Shown piece after piece: positions 1-9,725 of a DNA stretch of 64,000 bases. Source of the stretch: Brevinematales bacterium. Its GTDB lineage: Bacteria; Spirochaetota; Brevinematia; Brevinematales; JAOACQ01. A program made the translations under genes and the position numbers. Each line of letters starts with the position of its first letter. Position 1 is the first letter of the stretch. The DNA lies in NCBI GenBank assembly GCA_037479045.1, contig JBBFLL010000008.1, positions 1,944-65,943 of the forward strand. The letters are read 5' to 3'. The notes under the pieces were generated by a model. It ran no database searches. It had not been told where the DNA came from and saw only the letters and a list, made by a program, of their open reading frames with translations.

Positions 1-1
1 A

Positions 2-1231
2 GATTTTATTGGTGAAGCAAAAGCTAAAGATTTTCAGGATGCGAGAAGAGAAGTTTATGTTGATGTTGTAAGGAATGCTTTAAAATTCGCCATTGGAGAT
101 AGAGAATATAATGTAAACAAGGAATCCATAGAAAAGGATTTTTTGTATTATGAAAATGTAAGAAAATATATAATTGGTGAGACTGAAAAAGCTCCAAAAG
201 GAAAAGAAAAAAAGTGGCTTAAGAACAATCGTGATAAAGATGGCTTTCTTGTCTTAAGACTTCAAGCATATGTTAAATTAGATATGCTACTTAGGGATTA
301 TGAATTTGTAAAGGTGAAATCTCCTGTTGTTAGTAGTTCATCAGTAAATTCTATATCTATTGTTGTAAGTTCTCAGCAATCATTACCCACTACTCAAAAT
401 ATTGAAGTGATAAGAGTTGATACCACAAGGTCTTCAAGTTCTATAGCAAATCAACCAGTAGAGGATTTGTCGGGGGTTGATATTTCATCTATAACTGCAC
501 TAGTTTTCTATAACCCAAAAGCTCCTTCTATAGTTAAAAATCCAGAGGAAGAAATGTATGCAAAATGGGCAGTAGAGAATCTTAATAAAGAACTATCAGG
601 TATAGGAGTTCAAACGTTTGATCTTGAAACTATGGAAAAACTTTCTCAGGAGAGAGAGATTCTTCATCAGGCAGAGGTTGGTAATGTTGGTATTGGACTT
701 CTTCTTGCTGAGAGAGTATTTGCAGAGCTTTATGCTGAAGTTTCTCCAACTGTAACATATCAGGGGACAAGGGCACATGTTATACTTAATGTTAAGGTTT
801 TTGTTAGAACTACTGGGGCTTTGATAGCTAATATTGAGAAAGGGGGGCAGGAGTATGATTCTCCTTCTCTTGCTGCTTCAATCAAGGTAAGTATGAGAGA
901 AGCCAGTAGAAAAGTGAGAGAGGAACTTATAATTGCTTTAAAAAGATATGTAAGTAGAGGTAGATATTATTTTGTAAGGCTTGTTGGAGTTGATTCATAC
1001 AGACAGGCTAATACTTTTGTGACAGAACTTCAGAAGATAAATGGAATTGTTTCTGTTAAACTTAAGTCTGGTTCAAAAACTGATAGAGTTTATGATTATA
1101 ATGTGCAATATAAAGGTAACCCAAATGAATTAATTGATGTTTTACTTAATTCAATGTCACAAAAAGCAGGTTTTGAATCTTTTGATCTTACACAGGTGAG
1201 GGGAAATGAGCTTATTTTTAGTCTCGATTGA
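2..1231 (+). CDS. hypothetical protein, 5' end outside the window
   Basis: The reading frame of the listed ORF (143..1231) has no stop back to nt 2, so the gene enters from upstream. It has a Ser-rich linker followed by an alpha/beta domain. No family recognised. Confidence 0.5.
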   Translation, partial: DFIGEAKAKDFQDARREVYVDVVRNALKFAIGDREYNVNKESIEKDFLYYENVRKYIIGETEKAPKGKEKKWLKNNRDKDGFLVLRLQAYVKLDMLLRDYEFVKVKSPVVSSSSVNSISIVVSSQQSLPTTQNIEVIRVDTTRSSSSIANQPVEDLSGVDISSITALVFYNPKAPSIVKNPEEEMYAKWAVENLNKELSGIGVQTFDLETMEKLSQEREILHQAEVGNVGIGLLLAERVFAELYAEVSPTVTYQGTRAHVILNVKVFVRTTGALIANIEKGGQEYDSPSLAASIKVSMREASRKVREELIIALKRYVSRGRYYFVRLVGVDSYRQANTFVTELQKINGIVSVKLKSGSKTDRVYDYNVQYKGNPNELIDVLLNSMSQKAGFESFDLTQVRGNELIFSLD

Positions 1232-1257
1232 AATCTCTTAAATAAGGAGGATAGATT

Positions 1258-1920
1258 ATGAAAAGAGTTTTTAAAATTTTAGTTTCTCTGTTAATTATGG
1301 GGTTGGTATTTTCTTGTGGTAATAAAAAACCACAGCCAGTAGCTGTTCCTGAACCAAGTAGTGGAACGAGTGAGGCTCCACTTATAAAGATTCACGTTAT
1401 ACAGAAGAGCACAAACCCAACACCATACTGGGTTAATAAGAAGTGGGAAATTGGAAAAGACGAACTCGGTAGAAAAGTTATTTTTATGACTGTTGAAGGT
1501 CAGAGAAATACTAAGGAAAAGGCTGAGATCGAAGCAGAATCAAAGAAGATTGCAAGACTTTCAGAACTTATTAAGCAGGTTGCTACAAGAGAATTTGCTG
1601 TTGCAAAACAGGGAATGCTTAATGATGAAACTGAGCTTGATACATACTTTGAAGAAACAATAGCTGCTGTCTCAAAGAATGTGAATATCAGTGGTGCTAT
1701 GAATGTTGAAGATTACTGGGAATATATTCAAGAGACTCAGGGTGAATCTTCAAAAACTTACTGGAGATATGTAAAGAGATATGCTATGGATTATGAAACT
1801 TATCAGAAGGCAGTAAAACAAGCATGGGAACCAGTTGCAAAGAAAGTTCCACCAGAGCTTAAGAATAAGGCACAGAGTGTTCTTGAGAATTTAAGCAAAT
1901 CTCAGGATTTAAGCGAATAA
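1258..1920 (+). CDS. putative lipoprotein
   Basis: RBS AAGGAGG lies 6 nt upstream. Signal peptide with lipobox LVFSC-G. Followed by an intrinsic terminator. Confidence 0.6.
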   Translation: MKRVFKILVSLLIMGLVFSCGNKKPQPVAVPEPSSGTSEAPLIKIHVIQKSTNPTPYWVNKKWEIGKDELGRKVIFMTVEGQRNTKEKAEIEAESKKIARLSELIKQVATREFAVAKQGMLNDETELDTYFEETIAAVSKNVNISGAMNVEDYWEYIQETQGESSKTYWRYVKRYAMDYETYQKAVKQAWEPVAKKVPPELKNKAQSVLENLSKSQDLSE

Positions 1921-1935
1921 TTTTTAGATTCTATA

Positions 1936-1967
1936 CCCCACGATTATTATCGTGGGGCTTTTTTTTT
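1936..1967 (+). terminator. rho-independent terminator
   Basis: CCCCACG-ATTATTAT-CGTGGGG hairpin followed by a T-run. It sits between convergent genes. Confidence 0.6.
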
Positions 1968-2553
1968 ATTTATAAATTACAAAATAATTTTGCTCATTGG
2001 AATGAGTGAGATTTTCTATATAGATGTTTAAAAATTTAATTTCAGTTATTCCAAAATTAAATTCCAAGTCCTGTCTTAACCTCTCTGAAATTCTTTCTGA
2101 GAATTTAACAAAATCTGTTTTTTCAGAAAGCTCAATGTATATGTGTAAACCAACGAAATTTTTCTTAAAAATATCTACTTTAACATTTACATTTTCAATG
2201 CCATTAAAGGTAAGTATTGTATTTTCAGTAAAAGTTTTGATTGAATCCTCACTGAAAAATAGATTTATTTTTTCTGATTTACCTATAACATAAGATGTTG
2301 AATTTTTTGAAAAAATTTCAAATGCAATGATGAGAATGGGTAAAGACACAAATAAAGAAGCGATAATACCGGAAAATTCAAAAAAGTTTATTTTCATTTT
2401 TGTGATAAAAAATTCACTCCAGTTAATTCCAGGATAGTAAGAAAGAAAAACTATATAAAAAATTATTCCGGTTATAATTGAGATTGCGATAAATGTCCAG
2501 AATAGATAATTTTTTAATTTTGTAATGTATTTCTTTTTAAGGTTCATAAACAC
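1966..2553 (-). CDS. membrane protein, possible Asp23 membrane anchor (AmaP-like)
   Basis: N-terminal TM helices. Overlaps the stop of the upstream Asp23-family gene. Function is assigned by position only. Confidence 0.4.
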   Translation of the reverse strand: MFMNLKKKYITKLKNYLFWTFIAISIITGIIFYIVFLSYYPGINWSEFFITKMKINFFEFSGIIASLFVSLPILIIAFEIFSKNSTSYVIGKSEKINLFFSEDSIKTFTENTILTFNGIENVNVKVDIFKKNFVGLHIYIELSEKTDFVKFSERISERLRQDLEFNFGITEIKFLNIYIENLTHSNEQNYFVIYK

Positions 2554-2842
2554 CCTGTAAATTTATGAAAATATCCTTAACCTTCAGGTTGAGTTTTTTT
2601 TCAATTTGAGTTTTTATATCTTTTGAAACTATCTCACAAACGGCAATAGCATTTTTTGAAAAAATTGCTTTCAAATAAATGCTGATAGAAACCCCATTAT
2701 TGGTGTAACGAACAACAATGGGGTCTAACTTTAAGAAACCAAATAATTTTTCCCTATCAGCTATTCTTGCTTCCTCAGATTTTGCGAGAGCGAGTGAAAC
2801 TATATCCTCTACAACCTTTTTGTCTATCTTATAAAATTTCAT
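2537..2842 (-). CDS. Asp23/Gls24 family (alkaline shock) protein
   Basis: About 100 aa with a typical Asp23 pattern ([12 protein letters not shown]..., GVSISIYL). ATGA overlap with accC, matching the accB-accC-asp23 synteny known from Firmicutes. Confidence 0.75.
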   Translation of the reverse strand: MKFYKIDKKVVEDIVSLALAKSEEARIADREKLFGFLKLDPIVVRYTNNGVSISIYLKAIFSKNAIAVCEIVSKDIKTQIEKKLNLKVKDIFINLQGVYEP

Positions 2843-4179
2843 TTTTCAATACTGAAATTTTCAAGAAATTTTGTAGAATAATTGCCTTTTATTATATCAG
2901 GGTGCTCAAGTAGTTTTTCAAAAAACGGGATAGTTGTTTTAACTCCAACAATCTTATATTCTTGCAAAGCTCTTTTCATTCTTGCGATTGCCTCATCTCT
3001 ATTTCTACCCCATGCAATAAGTTTTGCAATAAGTGAGTCATAGTACTTTGGTACTTCATAACCAGCGTAAACATGGGAATCAATTCTTATTCCCGGTCCA
3101 CCTGGTGTTCTATATTCTTCAATCTTTCCTGGTGTTGGCATAAAGTTCTTAAATGGATCTTCAGCATTTATTCTACATTCTATGGCATGTCCATTAAATT
3201 TAACATCTTCTTGCTTGAAAGAAAGTCTTTCTCCCATAGCAACAAGTATTTGTTCCTTTACTATATCAACAGATGTTATCATTTCTGTAACTGGATGTTC
3301 AACCTGGATTCTTGTGTTTACTTCCATAAAGTAGAACTTACCATTCTCAAATAGGAATTCCATAGTTCCTGCACCAACATATCCTACTTTGCTTACTCCT
3401 TTTCTTACTGCTTCACCCATAGCTTCTCTTATTTCTGGAGTTAAAGCCGGGCTTGGTGCTTCTTCTAATAATTTTTGATGTCTTCTTTGAATTGAACAAT
3501 CTCTTTCTCCAAGATGGACAACGTTACCATATTCATCTGCTAAAAATTGTATTTCAATATGTCTTGGATTTTCGAGATATTTTTCTACATAGACGTCTGG
3601 ATTTCCAAAAGCTGCTTTTGCTTCTCCCTGAGCAATAGGAATGATGTTTTTTAATTCATCTTCTGACCAGGCTACTCTCATTCCCTTTCCACCACCACCA
3701 GCTACAGCTTTAACGATAACCGGATAGCCAACTTCTTTTGCAAATTCTATTGCTTCCTCTACTTTTTCAATAACATCCGTACCGGGAGTAACAGGAACAC
3801 CCACAGATCTCATTGTTTTTCTTGCCTTGTCCTTATTACCTAATAACTCAATTACTTCTGCTGATGGACCAATGAATGTTATTTTGTGATCCTTACATAT
3901 GCTTGAAAATTTTGGGTTTTCGGCAAGAAAACCATATCCAGGATGGATAGCATCTGCTCCAGCTATTTCTGCTGCACTTATTATCGCAAAAATGTTGAGG
4001 TAGCTGTCTTTTGAGAGAGCAGGTCCTATGCATATATCCTGATCAGATATTTTGGTATGTAAACATTCTTCATCTGCTTCAGAGTGTATAGATATAGTTT
4101 TTATACCAAGTTCCTTTGCGGCTCTTATAACTCTCACTGCTATTTCGCCTCTATTGGCTATTAAAATTTTTCTAAACAT
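2839..4179 (-). CDS. accC: biotin carboxylase (acetyl-CoA carboxylase subunit)
   Basis: [15 protein letters not shown]-terminus, ATP-grasp glycine loop [22 protein letters not shown] motif, 446 aa. Confidence 0.95.
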   Translation of the reverse strand: MFRKILIANRGEIAVRVIRAAKELGIKTISIHSEADEECLHTKISDQDICIGPALSKDSYLNIFAIISAAEIAGADAIHPGYGFLAENPKFSSICKDHKITFIGPSAEVIELLGNKDKARKTMRSVGVPVTPGTDVIEKVEEAIEFAKEVGYPVIVKAVAGGGGKGMRVAWSEDELKNIIPIAQGEAKAAFGNPDVYVEKYLENPRHIEIQFLADEYGNVVHLGERDCSIQRRHQKLLEEAPSPALTPEIREAMGEAVRKGVSKVGYVGAGTMEFLFENGKFYFMEVNTRIQVEHPVTEMITSVDIVKEQILVAMGERLSFKQEDVKFNGHAIECRINAEDPFKNFMPTPGKIEEYRTPGGPGIRIDSHVYAGYEVPKYYDSLIAKLIAWGRNRDEAIARMKRALQEYKIVGVKTTIPFFEKLLEHPDIIKGNYSTKFLENFSIEK

Positions 4180-4194
4180 TTTTCCTCCAGATTA

Positions 4195-4641
4195 TTACTT
4201 AGAGTTTGTTTCTATTCTCATTAATGGTTGACCATATTCAACAGCCAGCCCTTCTTCTACAAGTATTTCTTTTATTTTTCCACCTTTTTCTACCTTTACA
4301 TCCTGAAGAACACCGAGCACACTTACATGCCCAATTATATCTCCTTCTTTTACAACATCTCTTAGCTTTACATAATTTTCACCCGTTTTTGGATTGATTC
4401 TTGTAAAATAACCGATCCATTTTGATTTTACTTCGTAGATTGATGGCTCTGTCTGCTTTGGAGTTTGATTTTGTTCGCTAACATTTACAGGTTGAATTTG
4501 AGGAGTTGCTATCTTAACTTCGGGAGCTTTTTTTGCAATTTTCATTCTTATAGCGGTGTTATCATTTCTTAATTCAACTTCACTTATGTTTTCACTGTCA
4601 AAGATTTTATAAATCTTTTTTATTTCTTCTATGCTTACCAT
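4195..4641 (-). CDS. accB: biotin carboxyl carrier protein homolog lacking the canonical MKM biotinylation motif
   Basis: Biotinyl/lipoyl hybrid-barrel C-terminus (GDIIGHV...KIKEILVEEGLAVEYGQPLMRIE) immediately upstream of accC. The position of E-A-M-K-M reads S-V-L-G-V. Confidence 0.8.
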   Translation of the reverse strand: MVSIEEIKKIYKIFDSENISEVELRNDNTAIRMKIAKKAPEVKIATPQIQPVNVSEQNQTPKQTEPSIYEVKSKWIGYFTRINPKTGENYVKLRDVVKEGDIIGHVSVLGVLQDVKVEKGGKIKEILVEEGLAVEYGQPLMRIETNSK

Positions 4642-4650
4642 TTTAGCCTC

Positions 4651-5211
4651 CTATTTTACTCTTTCTATATATCTATCGTCTCTGGTATCGACTTTTATTT
4701 TTTCACCTACTCCAACAAATAAAGGGACCTGAACAACAGCCCCTGTTTCAAGTTTAGCAGGTTTTGAACCACCACTTACTGTATCTCCTCTTACACCCGG
4801 GTCAGTTTCAACAACTTCAAGTTCAACAAACATTGGAGGTGAAATGAGAATTATCTCACCTTCATATACAGAAGCTTCACAGATCATTTCATTTTTAAGA
4901 TATTTTAATCCTTCTCCAGCAAGTTCTTTTGAGACATGAAATTGTTCAAAAGTTTCCATATCCATAAACACAAGGTTATCTCCCTCTTCATAAAGAAGTT
5001 GCATTTCCCTTGTTTCTACCATTACGTCTTCAAGTGGTTCTCCAGCTTTAAAAGTTCTTTCTACTACAGTGTCTTTTTTTATATTTCTTAATTTTGTTCT
5101 GACAACTGCTCCACCTTTTCCAGGTTTGTGGTGTTGATAAAAGAGTACTGCATAAAGTTCTCCATCTAATTTTAAGATCATACCTTTTTTAAGATCATTT
5201 GAAGTTGTCAT
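4651..5211 (-). CDS. efp: elongation factor P
   Basis: 186 aa, HHKPGKGGAVVRTKLRN loop, three-domain EF-P pattern. Confidence 0.95.
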   Translation of the reverse strand: MTTSNDLKKGMILKLDGELYAVLFYQHHKPGKGGAVVRTKLRNIKKDTVVERTFKAGEPLEDVMVETREMQLLYEEGDNLVFMDMETFEQFHVSKELAGEGLKYLKNEMICEASVYEGEIILISPPMFVELEVVETDPGVRGDTVSGGSKPAKLETGAVVQVPLFVGVGEKIKVDTRDDRYIERVK

Positions 5212-5234
5212 TATTATCCTCCATTTATAAATTT

Positions 5235-6314
5235 CTATAAATCATAATCTGAATTTGTTAAAACTTCGCATCCATTTTTTCTTACAACAACCATATCTTC
5301 AAGTCTTATACCACATATTTCTGGTATATAAATTCCCGGTTCTATTGTAAAAACCATTCCTTCTTCAAGGATAGTTTCAGACCTTGAAGATATAGATGGA
5401 CTTTCATGTATTTCAAGTCCTACACCATGTCCTGTTGAGTGCCAGAAATTTTGTGCATAACCAGCCTTTTCTATGACATTGTAGGCTGCCTGATGTACTT
5501 CTTTAGCCATAACACCCGGCCGAACAATTTTTTCTGCTTCTTTTAATGCCTTAAGAACAATTCCATGCAATTTTAAAATTTCTGACCCAATTATTTTACC
5601 AAAATAAAAACATCTTGTAAAGTCTGAGCAATATCCATTTTTTTTAATACCGTAATCAAACATTATTACTTCTTCTGATTTTATTTTTTTTTCACTTGCT
5701 CTGCCATGAGGAAGGACTGTTCTATCTCCAGAAGCCACTATTGTATCAAAAGACATTTTTTCTGCTCCGTTTTTTCTAAGAAAGTATTCAAGTTCTGAAG
5801 CAAGTTCTATTTCTGTTTTGTCTTCTTCTATTTTTGGCAAGATAATATTATATGAAAGTTCTGTGAGAATTAAGTTTTGTCTTATGATTTCTATTTCAAG
5901 TTCATCTTTTTTCTCACGCATTTTTTTTACTAAATTTGAGTCTTTTGTTTCTATCATATTTTCAAGTAGAATTAAGGATAGATTTTCTCCAAATTCAAAT
6001 TTCATATCTTTTTTTGAAATAAAAAGTCTTTCAATCTTATCTTTTTTCAGATTGTTTAAGATTACTTCTATTGTTTTTCTACCAGAAACATCGTAAACAT
6101 TGAGTTCTATCTTTTTTTCTCTTTTTATCTGTTCGATAAATCTGAGATCGGTAAAAAAGGCGATTTCATTTTGCTTTATTATTAAATATGAATCTTCTCC
6201 TGTAAATCCAGTGAAATAATGTACTTCTTCTGGTAAAGTTATAAGAAAGGCTTCTTTTTCCTGTATATTTGAAATTAATTTTTCTATTCTTTGCAGAAAA
6301 AAGTTTTTTTGCAT
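5235..6314 (-). CDS. Xaa-Pro aminopeptidase / M24B peptidase
   Basis: HSTGHGVGLEIHE and the C-terminal EPGIY...RLED metal-ligand pattern. Lies upstream of efp as in Firmicutes (papA-efp). Confidence 0.85.
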   Translation of the reverse strand: MQKNFFLQRIEKLISNIQEKEAFLITLPEEVHYFTGFTGEDSYLIIKQNEIAFFTDLRFIEQIKREKKIELNVYDVSGRKTIEVILNNLKKDKIERLFISKKDMKFEFGENLSLILLENMIETKDSNLVKKMREKKDELEIEIIRQNLILTELSYNIILPKIEEDKTEIELASELEYFLRKNGAEKMSFDTIVASGDRTVLPHGRASEKKIKSEEVIMFDYGIKKNGYCSDFTRCFYFGKIIGSEILKLHGIVLKALKEAEKIVRPGVMAKEVHQAAYNVIEKAGYAQNFWHSTGHGVGLEIHESPSISSRSETILEEGMVFTIEPGIYIPEICGIRLEDMVVVRKNGCEVLTNSDYDL

Positions 6315-6315
6315 C

Positions 6316-7773
6316 TTATTGTCCTTTGCTCAAATTTGTAATCTCATTTTCAAGATATTCAATTTCTTTGTCTATTTCTTTTATTGCTTTGTTTATATCG
6401 TTTAAGGAATAATCTTTTCCATTGAATACAGAATAGTATATTTCAATCCAGTTTTCATAGAAATGATCAACTTCTTTTATTAATTCATCGAGTTTTTTAA
6501 GTTTTTGTCTATTTGATGGTGGTTGTAAATTTTCTCTTGCTTTGCTTTCCAGAAATATGTCCATTTTTGATACAACTTTTTCCTGTTTTGGTTGGGTAGA
6601 AGGTTTTTGTTGTTTGATAAAGTTTGCAAAGAATCCTTCTTCACTTTCGATTGTATTTGTTTCATTTTTTTGTAAGATAGTAGCTTTAACTTTTATATAA
6701 AAATTTCCACCTGCTGAATCTGTTGATATAAACCAGTTTGCCTGAAAAATTCCTTCTGGTTGTATTTTTTTTGTTTCTATTATTCTTTCTCCTTCTGTGA
6801 GGTAAAAACCCTCTGGCAGGGTTATCTCAAGAGAAAGTTTCTCTATCTCATTCTGGCTTTTGTTTATTAACATTGCAGTTATGGGTACAGGTAGCTCTTT
6901 TGGTTCTTTGGGAATGTTGAGAGAAAGGATAATGTCTTCTTCAGTAATGACGTTTCCGCCCATAACTCCATAAATTGTTGCACCTTCAAGGGTATCGTTT
7001 TTGTATAAATCTTTTGGGTCATAAAATATTCCTACAGCTCCATCAAATTGTGTTGTCCCTCTTCTTCTGAAGTCATAAGAATTATTCGGTGAAAGTCTCC
7101 ATAAATCTGAGAGTCTGTCCCAGGTGGCAAAGACAACTCTATCAGGTTTTATTGCCCCATAGTTATTTACAATTCCTTGAACCTTTATAGTTGGATTATC
7201 TATTGAATCGTATGTGCTCCAGCTAATAGGAATGTCATCTCCAGAGATTTGTAATTCGTTTGAAAAAATTCCTTTTCTTGTAATGTTAAAAAAACTTGCC
7301 TCTTTATTGTCAAGGAGAATGTCGAAAATATATGCAAGACCAGCTTTTATTTTCCCACCTCTATTGACTATTGTTGTATTTATTAGCATATTGTCTTCAA
7401 ATCCTGTAGAGGGATTTTTTATTATTTTTATTTCTTGAAGAATAGAGAGATTTTTATATTGCCAGGCAGATATTATTTTGTTTTCACTTATGTATGGCTT
7501 TTTAAGCCAGCTTCCCTTTGGATGTCCATAAATAACTGTTTCTCCATCTATATAAATAGCAGTGAGGCTTGTGGGGGGCATTTTACTGTAGAGAAGATTT
7601 TTGTTGTTGTCAACAGAAGAAAGAGGGTCGCCTTCTATTGTTTGAAGTGTAAATCTTCCACTTTCTTTATCTACTGTTATTGCAATATAATTATTTGATA
7701 GAGTTACTCTTTCAGCAAATAAATAACAATTCAAAAGAAGTAAAAAAATAAATAATCTATTTTTCATTGTCAC
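6316..7773 (-). CDS. secreted hypothetical protein with C-terminal coiled coil
   Basis: Signal peptide (LFIFLLLLNCYLFA), beta-rich body, heptad-like Lys/Glu-rich tail. No family recognised. Confidence 0.5.
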   Translation of the reverse strand: MTMKNRLFIFLLLLNCYLFAERVTLSNNYIAITVDKESGRFTLQTIEGDPLSSVDNNKNLLYSKMPPTSLTAIYIDGETVIYGHPKGSWLKKPYISENKIISAWQYKNLSILQEIKIIKNPSTGFEDNMLINTTIVNRGGKIKAGLAYIFDILLDNKEASFFNITRKGIFSNELQISGDDIPISWSTYDSIDNPTIKVQGIVNNYGAIKPDRVVFATWDRLSDLWRLSPNNSYDFRRRGTTQFDGAVGIFYDPKDLYKNDTLEGATIYGVMGGNVITEEDIILSLNIPKEPKELPVPITAMLINKSQNEIEKLSLEITLPEGFYLTEGERIIETKKIQPEGIFQANWFISTDSAGGNFYIKVKATILQKNETNTIESEEGFFANFIKQQKPSTQPKQEKVVSKMDIFLESKARENLQPPSNRQKLKKLDELIKEVDHFYENWIEIYYSVFNGKDYSLNDINKAIKEIDKEIEYLENEITNLSKGQ

Positions 7774-8536
7774 CCTCTTTTGTTATTGCAGATTCGTTGA
7801 GTAATTCGAGTTTAATTTCAAGTAATCTTTGTTTTATTTCGAGTAATCTTGAAATTTTATTAAGCAATTCTTTTTCTTTTTCAAGTTTTTGCTTTCTTTC
7901 CTGCTGTTTTTGGATGTCAATGTTGGTTTTTGTCGTTATTTGTGTTATATTTGTTTCATTTTTACTTATTTCGGAAAATGTTTTTAAAATTTCTCTTACT
8001 TCATAAGCAAAAGATGAGGAGGGATATTCAGAGAGAATTCTCTGGTATGACTGAATAGCCTTTTCTCTTTCTCCCTTTTTTTGGTAAGCTCTTCCGAGCC
8101 AGTAATATGAGGCACTGAGAAGATTTGCATCATAAGAAGAATATTTAATAGTAAATTCTTCCAGAACACCAATACCTTCATCAAGTCTTTCAGATATTAC
8201 GAGAGTTCTACCAAGTTTGTAAAGAGTATTTGGATAAATTTCCTCATCAAAAAATTTTTCAAGAACTATTCTGTAATTCAGAATAGATTTCTTAAAATCT
8301 TCTTTGAGAAAGTAAATTTCTCCAAGAAAATAGTGTGATTTGGCAATATATTCTCTATAAACTTTTATATTTCTGTTAGGATTTCTTGTGATTTTTATAA
8401 AATTTGATTCAGCCTTTGATATATTCCCATTCGCAAATTCTGAAAGGGCTTCTTTATATAAAGAGCGAACGTTGCCAATATCCTGAGAAAATAAATAAGA
8501 AGAAAAAATAAAAAATATTAAAAAAAACCTATTCAT
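7757..8536 (-). CDS. secreted TPR-repeat protein
   Basis: The start was moved to MNRFFLIFF (ATG at 8536, preceded by AAGGA). Signal peptide, several TPR-like repeats (YYWLGRAY, YFLGEIYF), coiled-coil tail. Confidence 0.6.
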   Translation of the reverse strand: MNRFFLIFFIFSSYLFSQDIGNVRSLYKEALSEFANGNISKAESNFIKITRNPNRNIKVYREYIAKSHYFLGEIYFLKEDFKKSILNYRIVLEKFFDEEIYPNTLYKLGRTLVISERLDEGIGVLEEFTIKYSSYDANLLSASYYWLGRAYQKKGEREKAIQSYQRILSEYPSSSFAYEVREILKTFSEISKNETNITQITTKTNIDIQKQQERKQKLEKEKELLNKISRLLEIKQRLLEIKLELLNESAITKEGDNEK

Positions 8537-8622
8537 ATAATCCTTATTCATTAATAATTCAAAAATTAACAAATTATAATTGTATTAATGCATTAAGTCA
8601 AGAAAATAAGAGGGAGATTTTT

Positions 8623-8651
8623 TTGACAAAAACTCTTTTTTTTGTTAAAAT
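8623..8651 (+). promoter_or_regulatory. sigma70-type promoter for tRNA-Lys (and probably dus)
   Basis: TTGACA (8623-8628), 17-nt spacer, TAAAAT (8646-8651), about 17 nt before the tRNA 5' end. Confidence 0.55.
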
Positions 8652-8667
8652 ATATAAGTATAAGGTT

Positions 8668-8740
8668 GAGCCGCTAGCTCAGTCGGTAGAGCATCACACT
8701 TTTAATGTGAGGGCCCTGGGTTCGATCCCCAGGCGGCTCA
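8668..8740 (+). tRNA. tRNA-Lys (anticodon TTT)
   Basis: Hand-folded cloverleaf: acceptor GAGCCGC/GCGGCTC, D arm GCTC-AGTCGGTA-GAGC, anticodon arm TCACA-CTTTTAA-TGTGA, T arm CTGGG-TTCGATC-CCCAG. 73 nt, CCA not encoded. Confidence 0.9.
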
Positions 8741-8762
8741 TATACCTTTCTTGAGGGTTTTG

Positions 8763-9725
8763 ATGTCAATTTTTCATCCCCTTTATATTTCCTCATTAAG
8801 TTTCAATAATAATGTATGGCTTGCTCCTATGGCTGGTTTTACAAACCCACCTTTTAGAAGAATGTGTCTTGATTTTGGTGCTGGAGCATCTTTTTCTGAA
8901 ATGGTAAGCGTTGAAGGAATAATAAGAAACAATAAAAGAACCTTAACTTATATCGAATGTGTGAGTGATAATGATATAATACAGATTTTTGGTGGTGATT
9001 ATAACTCTTTCTACAAAGCATCAAAAATTCTATCAGAAAGGTTTAACATAAAGGTTATTGATATAAATTTTGGTTGCCCAGTAAGAAAGGTTGTAAGAGG
9101 TGGAGCTGGTTCTTTTTTACTCAAATATCCAGATAGAATGGCAGATATAGTTAAGGCTGTTAAAGATGGTGGAATAGAAATGGTATTTGGAAAGATAAGA
9201 GCTGGCTTTGATTCTGAAGAGCTTGAGAAGATTATCCCATCTATAGATAAGGCTGGAATAGACCTTATAACTCTTCATGCACGACTTGCCATTCAGTTTT
9301 ATAGTGGTGTGGCAAATAGAAATTACATCATTAAGGCAAGGAGCCTTACAGATAAGATTTTGATAGCAAATGGCGATATAAAAACACCAGAGGATGTTGA
9401 AAATATGCTAACTGAAACCAAAGCAGATGGAGTTATGATTGGTAGAATGGCGATAGAAAAACCATTTATATTTAAAATGGTAAAGGATTATTTTGCTCTT
9501 GGTAGTTATGAAAATATAGAAAATATAGACTTGAGAGATCTTGTAGTTAATTTTGTTAATAGTTATTGTAGCTATTACAAAAATGATAATATAGTGGGGA
9601 TAAGAGGAATTTTGCTTGGAATGATCAAGAGATTCCCTTTTGCAAGAGAATTAAGAGACAAAGTGGCAAAAGTGAAAACATCGAAAGAGTTTTTCACTGT
9701 TATGAGGGAGGTTTGTTATGATTGA
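8763..9725 (+). CDS. tRNA-dihydrouridine synthase
   Basis: LAPMAGFTNPPFRRM, INFGCP and a TIM-barrel Dus pattern. ATG at 8763 is preferred over the listed TTG at 8751. Confidence 0.85.
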   Translation: MSIFHPLYISSLSFNNNVWLAPMAGFTNPPFRRMCLDFGAGASFSEMVSVEGIIRNNKRTLTYIECVSDNDIIQIFGGDYNSFYKASKILSERFNIKVIDINFGCPVRKVVRGGAGSFLLKYPDRMADIVKAVKDGGIEMVFGKIRAGFDSEELEKIIPSIDKAGIDLITLHARLAIQFYSGVANRNYIIKARSLTDKILIANGDIKTPEDVENMLTETKADGVMIGRMAIEKPFIFKMVKDYFALGSYENIENIDLRDLVVNFVNSYCSYYKNDNIVGIRGILLGMIKRFPFARELRDKVAKVKTSKEFFTVMREVCYD

